Assembly: GCF_000023205.1 (NCBI RefSeq)
Contig: NC_012803.1
Span: 2,220,001-2,252,000, forward strand
From: Micrococcus luteus NCTC 2665
Lineage (GTDB): Bacteria; Actinomycetota; Actinomycetes; Actinomycetales; Micrococcaceae
Direction: 5' to 3'
Length of the DNA stretch: 32,000 nucleotides
This document shows positions 7,858-15,296 of this stretch, piece after piece. The notes under the pieces are model-generated. The model searched no databases. It was not told the DNA's origin and saw nothing but the letters and a program-made list of their open reading frames with translations. Each line of letters begins with the position of its first letter. Within the stretch, counting starts at the first letter, position 1. The translations under genes and the position numbers were made by a program.

Positions 7858-8949
7858 ATGAGTACGACCACCAAGGATGTGGAGCAGCCCCGCGTGATGA
7901 AGGAGATGTCCTTCCTCGATCGCTGGCTCCCGGTGTGGATCCTGGCCGCCATGGCAGTGGGTCTCCTGCTGGGGCGGTTCATCCCCGGCCTGAACACCGC
8001 GCTGGAGGCGGTGAAGATCGGATCCGTGTCCCTGCCCATTGCGATCGGACTGTTGGTGATGATGTACCCGGTCCTGGCGAAGGTCCGCTACGACGAGACC
8101 CGGCGTATCGGCGCGGACCGACGCCTGCTGGTGACCTCGCTGGTGCTGAACTGGATCGTCGGCCCGGCACTCATGTTCGCCCTGGCCTGGATCTTCCTGG
8201 CCGACCTTCCAGAGTACCGCACCGGCCTGATCATCGTCGGACTCGCACGCTGCATCGCGATGGTCCTCATCTGGAACGACCTCGCCTGCGGTGACCGAGA
8301 AGCAGCCGCGGTGCTGGTCGCGATCAACTCCGTCTTCCAGGTGATCGCCTTCGGTGCCCTGGGCTGGTTCTACCTCCAGGCGCTGCCATCCTGGCTGGGG
8401 CTGCCGACCACGTCGGCCGAGTTCTCGATCGGCGCGATCGTCCTCAGCGTGCTGATCTTCCTCGGGATCCCGCTGGTCGCAGGGTTCCTGACCCGCATCC
8501 TCGGTGAGCGAGCCAAGGGTCGGACCTGGTACGAGGAGCGGTTCCTCCCGAAGATCGGCTCCTGGGCGCTGTACGGGCTGCTGTTCACCATCGTGCTGCT
8601 GTTCGCCCTCCAGGGCGACGCGATCATCTCCGCACCGGGGGACGTGGCCCGCATCGCCCTGCCGCTGCTGGTCTACTTCGTCGTCATGTTCCTGGGGTCC
8701 TTCCTGCTCGGCCGCGCGATCGGCCTCGACTACGCGAAGTCCACGACCGTCGCGTTCACGGCCTCGGGCAACAACTTCGAGCTCGCCATCGCCGTCGCCA
8801 TCGGCACCTTCGGAGTCACCTCCGGCCAGGCCCTCGCCGGCGTCGTCGGCCCGCTGATCGAAGTCCCCGTCCTCGTCGCCCTCGTCTACGTCGCCCTCGC
8901 TATGGGGCGGCGCCTGTTCCCCGGCGACACCACCGCCCCCACCCGATGA
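7858..8949 (+). CDS. acr3: ACR3-family arsenite efflux permease
   Basis: MSFLDRWLPVWILAAMAVGLLLGRF...LLVMMYPVLAKVRYDE...GLARCIAMVLIWNDLA is the ACR3 signature. The start is ambiguous among ATG 7837, 7858 and 7897/7906. Confidence 0.9.
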   Translation: MSTTTKDVEQPRVMKEMSFLDRWLPVWILAAMAVGLLLGRFIPGLNTALEAVKIGSVSLPIAIGLLVMMYPVLAKVRYDETRRIGADRRLLVTSLVLNWIVGPALMFALAWIFLADLPEYRTGLIIVGLARCIAMVLIWNDLACGDREAAAVLVAINSVFQVIAFGALGWFYLQALPSWLGLPTTSAEFSIGAIVLSVLIFLGIPLVAGFLTRILGERAKGRTWYEERFLPKIGSWALYGLLFTIVLLFALQGDAIISAPGDVARIALPLLVYFVVMFLGSFLLGRAIGLDYAKSTTVAFTASGNNFELAIAVAIGTFGVTSGQALAGVVGPLIEVPVLVALVYVALAMGRRLFPGDTTAPTR

Positions 8950-8972
8950 CCCCACAGAAGGATCCCCTCGCC

Positions 8973-9401
8973 ATGACCACGAAGCGCCCTTCAGTCCTGT
9001 TCGTCTGCGTGAAGAACGGCGGCAAGTCCCAGATGGCCGCCGCCCTCATGCGCCATCACGCCGGGGATGAGGTCGACGTGCATTCCGCCGGCACCCGCCC
9101 GGGCACCGCCATCAACGCCCAGTCCGCGGAGGCGATCGCCGAGGTCGGCGCGGACATGTCCTCCGCCGTCCCGCAGCCGGTCACCCCCGAGCTGCTGCGA
9201 AGCGTCGACCACGTGATCGTCATCGGCGACGAAGCCGTCATCAAACCCGTCGAGGGCATGACCGCGCCGGTCACGACCTGGCACACCGATGAGCCCTCTC
9301 AGCGCGGCATCGAAGGGATGGAGCGGATGCGCTTGGTCCGCGACGACATCGACACCCACGTCCGCAAGCTCCTGACCGACCTCACCGGCACCGCGAACTG
9401 A
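8973..9401 (+). CDS. arsC: LMW-phosphatase-type arsenate reductase
   Basis: PSVLFVCVKNGGKSQMAAALM is a P-loop-like motif. GAAGGA lies 10 nt upstream of ATG 8973. An alternative ATG at 8946 overlaps the acr3 stop. Confidence 0.85.
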   Translation: MTTKRPSVLFVCVKNGGKSQMAAALMRHHAGDEVDVHSAGTRPGTAINAQSAEAIAEVGADMSSAVPQPVTPELLRSVDHVIVIGDEAVIKPVEGMTAPVTTWHTDEPSQRGIEGMERMRLVRDDIDTHVRKLLTDLTGTAN

Positions 9402-9429
9402 CCGCCCCGCAGCAAGGAGACTCATCATC

Positions 9430-10767
9430 TTGACCACCGCAACGAACTCACATCCCATTGTCGTCATCGGCGCTGGCCCCATCGGCCTTGCCGCCGCTGC
9501 CCACCTCTCTGAGCGCGGCCTGCCGTTCCTGATCCTCGAGGCCGGGACCGCGGCAGGAGCCGCGATCGCCGAGTGGGGGCACACGCGGCTCTTCTCGCCG
9601 TGGCAGCACAACCTCGACGCCGCCGCACAGCGTCTCCTCGAAGCTGCCGGCTGGACCGCACCCGACGCCGACGTTCTCCCGACCGGTCACGAACTGCGCG
9701 AGCATTACCTCGAACCGCTCGCGCAGCTTCCCCAGCTCGCCGAGTCGATCCGCTACGGGGCGCGGGTCACCGCCGTCTCCCGCGCCGGCATCGACAAGAC
9801 CCGCACCGCACGCCGCGAGGAGACCCCCTTCCTCGTCCGGATCCAGACCACCGACGGGCACAGCGAAGACGTGCTCGCCTCCGCGGTCATCGACGCCTCC
9901 GGCACCTGGTCCACGCCCAACCCCCTCGGACAGGCCGGGCTCCTTGCTCCCGGCGAGCAGCAGGCCCGCGCCGCGGGCCACATCACCGCGCCGCTGCCTG
10001 ACGTGCAGGGCCGCGACCGTGACCGCTTCGCCGGCAAGCGAGTCATGGTGACCGGTGCCGGCCACTCAGCCGCCAATACCCTGCTGGACCTCGCGGACCT
10101 GGAGGCCGACACCACCATCATGTGGGCCGCTCGCACCGCAGACCTCACCCGCGTCTACGGGGGCGGCGACCAGGACGAACTCGCAGCCCGAGGAGCGCTC
10201 GGCTCGCGACTGCGCCAGCTGGTCGACTCCGGACGCATCGCGGTCCTCACCTCCTTCACCAGCACTCGCTTCAGAGCCGACGACACGTTGACCGTCCACG
10301 CTGTGACCCCGGACGGGGAGCGAGAAGTGAGCGTCGATGTGCTGGTGCCCGCCACCGGGTTCCGCCCTGATCTCGGAATGCTCTCCGAACTCCGCCTGGC
10401 CCTGGACCCGGCCGTCGAAGCACCGTCCCAGCTGGAGCCGCTGATCGATCCCGAGTTCCACTCCTGCGGATCCGTCGAGCCTCACGGTGAGCGAGTCCTC
10501 GCCCACCCGGAGACGAACTTCTACATCGTGGGGATGAAGAGCTACGGCCGCGCCCCCACCTTCCTCATGGCCACCGGCTACGAACAGGTCCGCTCCATCG
10601 CAGCAGCCCTGGCCGGCGACCGCAAAGCAGCCGACGCAGTCCACCTCGAACTACCCGAGACCGGCGTATGCACCACCGACCTCGGCGGCGGCTGCGACGC
10701 CCCAGCCACAGCCGGCGACGCCTGCTGCAGCAGCCCGCAACTGATCGAGCTCCCCGTCGGCCGATGA
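9430..10767 (+). CDS. FAD/NAD(P)-binding oxidoreductase linked to the ars operon (ArsO-like), with a Cys-rich C-terminal tail
   Basis: TTG start 10 nt after AAGGAG (9414-9419). Two dinucleotide-binding motifs (VVIGAGPIGLAAA; VMVTGAGHSAANT). The tail is GVCTTDLGGGCDAPATAGDACCSSP. Confidence 0.8.
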   Translation: MTTATNSHPIVVIGAGPIGLAAAAHLSERGLPFLILEAGTAAGAAIAEWGHTRLFSPWQHNLDAAAQRLLEAAGWTAPDADVLPTGHELREHYLEPLAQLPQLAESIRYGARVTAVSRAGIDKTRTARREETPFLVRIQTTDGHSEDVLASAVIDASGTWSTPNPLGQAGLLAPGEQQARAAGHITAPLPDVQGRDRDRFAGKRVMVTGAGHSAANTLLDLADLEADTTIMWAARTADLTRVYGGGDQDELAARGALGSRLRQLVDSGRIAVLTSFTSTRFRADDTLTVHAVTPDGEREVSVDVLVPATGFRPDLGMLSELRLALDPAVEAPSQLEPLIDPEFHSCGSVEPHGERVLAHPETNFYIVGMKSYGRAPTFLMATGYEQVRSIAAALAGDRKAADAVHLELPETGVCTTDLGGGCDAPATAGDACCSSPQLIELPVGR

Positions 10768-10774
10768 GCAAACA

Positions 10775-10806
10775 GCGGGACGGCACGACGTTCTGTGCCG
10801 CCCCGC
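10775..10806 (+). terminator. Candidate terminator hairpin after the ars flavoprotein gene
   Basis: GCGGGACGGCAC-GACGTTCT-GTGCCGCCCCGC is an imperfect GC-rich stem just after the stop at 10767. No U-tract. Confidence 0.4.
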
Positions 10807-10830
10807 TGGGGTATAGCTTTACGAGGCGAC

Positions 10831-10862
10831 ACTGTAAGTTCAGCTCATACTGTATAGTTCAG
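10831..10862 (+). promoter_or_regulatory. Tandem ACTGTA(T)AGTTCAG motifs plus TATAGT -10 directly before cmtR
   Basis: ACTGTAAGTTCAG (10831-10843) and ACTGTATAGTTCAG (10849-10862) lie in an AT-rich island. TATAGT (10853-10858) is 7 nt from ATG 10866, which suggests a leaderless transcript. Confidence 0.45.
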
Positions 10863-10865
10863 TGA

Positions 10866-11225
10866 ATGCTGACTATCGCCTCTCGTGTTGATGTGATGAA
10901 CCGGTTGGGCCGAGCGATGGCCGACCCCACCCGGTCGCGGATCCTGATGACCTTGCTGGAACGGCCGGCGTACCCGGCCGAACTAGCGCGAGACTTGGGG
11001 CTGACCCGGTCGAACGTGTCGAACCACCTGGCGTGCTTGCGGGACTGCGGGATCGCGGTCGCCGTGGCCGAGGGCCGCCAGACCCGATACGAGATCGCCG
11101 ATGCACACCTGGCGCGGGCGCTGACTGCTCTGGTCGAGGTCACCCTCGCGGTGGATGAGAGTGCTCCGTGCATCGATCCCGCCTGCTCGCTTCCCGGATG
11201 CGACGCAGCTGGGGAGGGCGCATGA
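10866..11225 (+). CDS. cmtR: CmtR-type ArsR/SmtB-family Cd/Pb-responsive repressor
   Basis: Very close to the M. tuberculosis CmtR pattern: LGRAMADPTRSRIL...GLTRSNVSNHLACLRDCGI...GRQTRYEIADAHLARAL...APC. The sensing Cys pair C-x3-C is on the alpha-4 helix, with further C-terminal Cys residues. Confidence 0.9.
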   Translation: MLTIASRVDVMNRLGRAMADPTRSRILMTLLERPAYPAELARDLGLTRSNVSNHLACLRDCGIAVAVAEGRQTRYEIADAHLARALTALVEVTLAVDESAPCIDPACSLPGCDAAGEGA

Positions 11226-11824
11226 GCCTCACCTCGGTCTTGCAGGCGATGGGCCTGTTCGCAGCGACCAACATCGACGACATCATCGTGCTCTCCCTCT
11301 TCTTCGCGCGAGGGGCAGGCCAGCGCGGCACTACCGCCCGCATTCTGGCCGGCCAGTACCTCGGATTCGCCGGCATCCTCGGTGCCGCGGTCCTGGTGAC
11401 CATCGGCGCCGGAGCATTCCTGCCCCCGGCAGCCATCCCGTACTTCGGCCTCATCCCTCTGGGCCTCGGCCTCTGGGCCGCATGGCAGGCCTGGCGCGGA
11501 GACGATGACGACGATGACGACGAGGCCAAGGTTGCCGGCAAGAAGGTCGGCGTGTGGACAGTCGCAGGCGTCACCCTTGCCAACGGCGGCGACAACATCG
11601 GCGTCTACACCCCTCTCTTCCTCAGCGTGGAACCTCTCGCAGTAGTCGCCTACTGCATCGTCTTCCTCGCGCTCGTCGCGGTCCTGGTGGCCCTGGCAAA
11701 GTTCGTCGCCACCCGCCCCCCGATCGCCGAAGTGCTCGAACGCTGGGAGAACATCCTCTTCCCCATCGTTCTCATCGGCCTCGGCATCGTGATCCTCGTC
11801 AGCGGCGGAGCCTTCGGACTCTGA
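11222..11824 (+). CDS. cadD: CadD-family cadmium resistance transporter
   Basis: ATG 11222 overlaps the cmtR stop (ATGA). FAATNIDDIIVLSLFF...TLANGGDNIGVYTPLF are the two CadD-type repeats. A central DDDDDDDE loop is present. Confidence 0.85.
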   Translation: MSLTSVLQAMGLFAATNIDDIIVLSLFFARGAGQRGTTARILAGQYLGFAGILGAAVLVTIGAGAFLPPAAIPYFGLIPLGLGLWAAWQAWRGDDDDDDDEAKVAGKKVGVWTVAGVTLANGGDNIGVYTPLFLSVEPLAVVAYCIVFLALVAVLVALAKFVATRPPIAEVLERWENILFPIVLIGLGIVILVSGGAFGL

Positions 11825-12137
11825 CGTAGCGGCAGCGATCCAAACGGCCCCGACCGGGCGCACCCCTCTCGGTTCAGACCGCGACACCTACCTGCAGCCA
11901 GTCCTGCGTGATCGCGGCAACAAGACCGCCACGGAGCGCTGCAAAAACCCCGCCACCAAGCGAACGAAGCCACAGGGCAGGGCGTGTAAAGGGGTATACC
12001 CGCGTGGACGTGGGTCAAGAACACTCCGTGCGACCACGCAGCCCTGTCCGAAGCGCCCGCATCCCCTCAAGAATGGCGAGGCACATTCTCGCCACGGCGC
12101 TTGCCAGGTAGATGCGGACCCGTACAGGGACAGACGA

Positions 12138-12171
12138 CACGGGCCCGCCTGCCGGAGCAGACGGGCCCGTG
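12138..12171 (-). terminator. Terminator hairpin downstream of the Mn catalase gene
   Basis: Perfect 10-bp stem CACGGGCCCG (12138-12147) / CGGGCCCGTG (12162-12171) with a 14-nt loop, 25 nt after the stop. Confidence 0.55.
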
Positions 12172-12195
12172 CACTCCCTCATCGGGAAGGTCAGG

Positions 12196-13065
12196 TCACT
12201 CGCGGTGCAGCTTGTCCTGCACCGTGCCCGCCAGCTTCTCGACGCGGTTGGGCACCTCCGTGGTCCCGTAGAAACGGGAGTCCGGGTGGGTGGGCGGGGG
12301 CATGGGGACCCCCGCCGGCGGCTCGGACGAGTAGGAGAACTCGCCCTTGCCGTCCGGGGTGGGGCCTGCAGCCCACGAACCCTCCGCAGTGGCCTGACCG
12401 TCAGAGAACTCATAGTGCGTGTACGAGTGCTCCGTGGCCTCCTTCTTCTGCGGGAAGTTGCTCGGCACCGGCATCTCCTCCAGGCCGTCCTCCTGCAGCT
12501 CCTTCACAGCCGCCGCCCACTGGTTCTGGTGCATCGTGTCCCGGGCCAGCAAGAAGGAGAGCAGCTCCCGGATGCCCGGGTCATCGGTCATGTGATAGAG
12601 CCGGGCCACCTGGGTCCGCCCCTGCATCTCCGCGTTGAGGTTGGCGGTCATGTCGGCCAGCAGGTTGCCGCTGGCCGTGACATACGCTCCGGTCCACGGA
12701 TTCCCCATGCTGTCCACGGGGCGAGCACCGGCACCGGCCACGATGGCCTGCTGCAGATCGGTGCCCCCGATGACGGCGGCCACGGCCGGGTCATCCTGGA
12801 TGGCGTCGGTGGTGATCCCCACCGGGGCCTTCTCCAGCAGCTGGGCCACCATCGTTGCCAGCATCTCGACGTGACCGAACTCCTCGGCCGCCGTGCTGAA
12901 GAGCAGGTCCCGGTACTTGCCCGGAATGTGGGCGTTCCATGCCTGGAAGCTGTACTGCATGGCCACGGTGATCTCGCCGTACTGCCCGCCGATCACCTCC
13001 TGCAGCTTGCGGGCGTAGACCGCGTCAGGCTTCTCAGGACTGGAGACGTGCTGAAGCTTCTGCAT
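12196..13065 (-). CDS. Manganese (non-haem) catalase
   Basis: YARKLQEVIGGQYGEITVAMQYSFQAWN...AAEEFGHVEMLATMV is the di-Mn catalase signature. Confidence 0.9.
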   Translation of the reverse strand: MQKLQHVSSPEKPDAVYARKLQEVIGGQYGEITVAMQYSFQAWNAHIPGKYRDLLFSTAAEEFGHVEMLATMVAQLLEKAPVGITTDAIQDDPAVAAVIGGTDLQQAIVAGAGARPVDSMGNPWTGAYVTASGNLLADMTANLNAEMQGRTQVARLYHMTDDPGIRELLSFLLARDTMHQNQWAAAVKELQEDGLEEMPVPSNFPQKKEATEHSYTHYEFSDGQATAEGSWAAGPTPDGKGEFSYSSEPPAGVPMPPPTHPDSRFYGTTEVPNRVEKLAGTVQDKLHRE

Positions 13066-13147
13066 TGTGGATGTACAAGAGAGGACTCCCCTCGATCAAG
13101 TCGGATGCGTGAAGGCCCGAGGGGCTCCACGCCGGACAGCATCGACG

Positions 13148-13174
13148 CTACGCGGGTCTGACCGACCCGTGTAG
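13148..13174. promoter_or_regulatory. Inverted repeat upstream of the catalase gene
   Basis: CTACGCGGGTC (13148-13158) / GACCCGTGTAG (13164-13174), 11 bp with one mismatch and a 5-nt spacer, about 85-110 nt upstream of the catalase start. Confidence 0.25.
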
Positions 13175-13306
13175 TGCTGACCCACGCCGGAACTGCATCG
13201 GTCACCACCCGCGCCATGGACGCCAGCCCCACTCGGGGGGTGAGCGCTTTCGCCATCCTCCGCCTGCGGATGCGGCGGGTAGGTGACTCTCAGAGGCACG
13301 CGGCTT

Positions 13307-13326
13307 AAACGGTCGTTATCTGGAGT
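13307..13326 (+). repeat. Left inverted repeat AAACGGTCGTTATCTGGAGT
   Basis: Reverse complement of 17882-17901 with one mismatch; the 15-nt core is perfect. Confidence 0.8.
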
Positions 13327-13431
13327 CTGGTCAGAGGTGCCCATGACGTCCAGCACGAGGCTCAGCGGATCGGAGGTCTTCCTGGTGGACGCAGTTATCT
13401 TGGGGCCGTCTATGAAGCGGCTCGGACTCCG

Positions 13432-13821
13432 TTACCGCTCTTGGTTCGATATCCGTAGTCGCCCGAGGGCGTGTTCCAACTGTTTCCGGAGTCGCTGGTT
13501 CTCGGCGGTGAGGTCACTGACGCGCGCATTGGCAACTTCGAGGCGGCGTATCAGGGATGCATCGGTGGAACGTTGAGACGCGGGCAGCGGTACGCCGCCG
13601 GCTACTTGCCGGAGGTCGCGGAGTCGTCGGACCTCGGAGCAGAGGTCGTCCTGGGTGTAGAGCCAGGATCGCGAGACTTGCGCCTTCTCCGCGACGATCT
13701 GGAAGGTGACCGTGCCGCCCTCGCGGTCGAGGTCGCGAAGGGCCTGGGTTGCTTTGGCGCGGGTCGTCTCGTGACGTCGCTGGGCAGCGACGATCAGATG
13801 ATGGCTGTTATCGGCGTGCAT
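13432..13821 (-). CDS. Small TnpC-like / DUF6262-like protein
   Basis: MHADNSHHLIVAAQRRHETTRAKATQALRDLDREGGTVTFQIVAEKAQVSRSWLYTQDDL... ATG 13821 overlaps the upstream stop (ATGA). Its size (129 aa) and position match Tn554 tnpC. Confidence 0.75.
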   Translation of the reverse strand: MHADNSHHLIVAAQRRHETTRAKATQALRDLDREGGTVTFQIVAEKAQVSRSWLYTQDDLCSEVRRLRDLRQVAGGVPLPASQRSTDASLIRRLEVANARVSDLTAENQRLRKQLEHALGRLRISNQER

Positions 13822-15296
13822 CAGGTGCTTGCCTCGCCGTCCTGGTCGTCCTCCAACGTGCTGATGATCTGGTCGAGGTTTCCCAGGACCTGCTGGTTCA
13901 TCTCGATGAGTCGTTGCTGGCCGCGGGCTTCGGCAGCGGTGATGATCTGCACGACCTGCCGGCGGTGCTGGCGGTGCTCGGGTAGGAACTCGGAGGTGGT
14001 GATGAACATTGGGCAGCTCAGGCATGCGTTCGCGTGCGGGCAGGATTGCTGGACCGGCAGCCCGCAGAAGCCGTTGGGCAGGGCCTGGGTCGCGCGTCCG
14101 ACGCGCTGCTTGGCCCAGGCCGCCTCGGCCAAGGGTCCGTCCGGGTCGAGGGTGACCGTCTCGCCCTTGATGTTGACCTTCCGCGCGGCTTCCCAGTGCC
14201 GGCGGATCGTGGTGTCACTGAGGCGGGCGTAGTGGGCGGTCATGACGTGGGAGTCGTGGTCGAGAATCCGCCGGACCACTTCTTGGGGGACATCACGGTT
14301 GATCAGCCTGGTGCCCAGGGTGTGCCGGAAGCTGTGCGGGACGACGCGAACGGGGCGCCCGTGCTCGTCACGGATATCGCAGCGCTTGAGCCAGCTGTGC
14401 AGCGCCTTGCGGTAGACCCCGTCCCCGACCGACTCCTGGCCGTCGTCGTTGTCCGTGACTCGCGGGAAGAGCACCGGCTCCCCGCCCGGCCACCGCTCGT
14501 GCACACGGCGACGCTGCGCAGTGATGGCTTCGGCGAGGTCGGCGTCGATGGGCACCAGGGCTTCGCGTTTCATCTTGTGGTTGAGGTAGCGCAGGTAGGG
14601 CGCTCCCTCGCCGTCGTAGACGATGCAGTCGGTCGGCAGACGGACGGTGTCGGTGATGCGCAGCCCGCAGCCCATCAGGATCAGCGTGATCAGCTCATAG
14701 GCGGCGTTGTTCCACTTGGCGAGGTTGTCCGGGTTCTCCAGCTGAGCCATCACGGTTTCGCTCAGCGCGCGCGGTTGCCGGATGGCCTCCTTGGGGAAGT
14801 CCTCGCTGAAGAACATCACCGTCGAAGGCAGGGAATCGTCCCAGCCGTGCTGCCGGATGGTGGTGAAGAACAGGTTCAGCTGGCCGATCAACATGCGGTG
14901 CTTCACGGTGCCCGAGAACCGGGCGTGCAGGTGCGCGAGGTAGCGCTCCAGCAGGTCCCGGTCCAGGTCTGCCAGCCCCTGGACGGAGGGTGCCACGTCC
15001 GCGAGGAACTGCCCGAAGTGCGCGATCGCCCGGGTGCCCGAGGAGACGCTGACCACCCCGAGGCCCGTGGCCAGGCGCCAGCGGGCCCAGCGTTTGGCCA
15101 AGGCTTTGAGCCAGGGCTGCGGGATGTCCTCGAAGGTGATCCGGGCCAGCCGTCTGTCCTTGATGCCAAGTTCACGCAGCCGCCAGACGTCCTTGCCGTA
15201 CTCAGCATCCCAGCTGTTGGTCTGAAGGGACGTTCGGCGCCGCTCACGCCCGGCCCTTGATGGCTGTTCGGGCGCCAGCGGGCTCGGCGCACTCAC
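13821..15296 (-). CDS. Tyrosine recombinase, Tn554 TnpB-like
   Basis: GLRITD, HSFRHT, LDHDS and HYARL are catalytic-type motifs. C-terminal Cys cluster CGLPVQQSCPHANACLSCP. GTG 15296 overlaps the tnpA-like stop (GTGA). The longer tracked ORF extension overlaps the upstream gene and was not used. Confidence 0.85.
   Translation of the reverse strand: MSAPSPLAPEQPSRAGRERRRTSLQTNSWDAEYGKDVWRLRELGIKDRRLARITFEDIPQPWLKALAKRWARWRLATGLGVVSVSSGTRAIAHFGQFLADVAPSVQGLADLDRDLLERYLAHLHARFSGTVKHRMLIGQLNLFFTTIRQHGWDDSLPSTVMFFSEDFPKEAIRQPRALSETVMAQLENPDNLAKWNNAAYELITLILMGCGLRITDTVRLPTDCIVYDGEGAPYLRYLNHKMKREALVPIDADLAEAITAQRRRVHERWPGGEPVLFPRVTDNDDGQESVGDGVYRKALHSWLKRCDIRDEHGRPVRVVPHSFRHTLGTRLINRDVPQEVVRRILDHDSHVMTAHYARLSDTTIRRHWEAARKVNIKGETVTLDPDGPLAEAAWAKQRVGRATQALPNGFCGLPVQQSCPHANACLSCPMFITTSEFLPEHRQHRRQVVQIITAAEARGQQRLIEMNQQVLGNLDQIISTLEDDQDGEAST

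Noticed and set aside
7720-8955. 411-aa minus-strand ORF
   Set aside because: It is antisense to the unmistakable ACR3 gene, and its acidic/Gly-rich translation has no domain.
11501-11524. GAC/GAT tandem repeat
   Set aside because: It is in frame inside cadD and encodes DDDDDDDE, a coding low-complexity loop rather than a non-coding repeat element.
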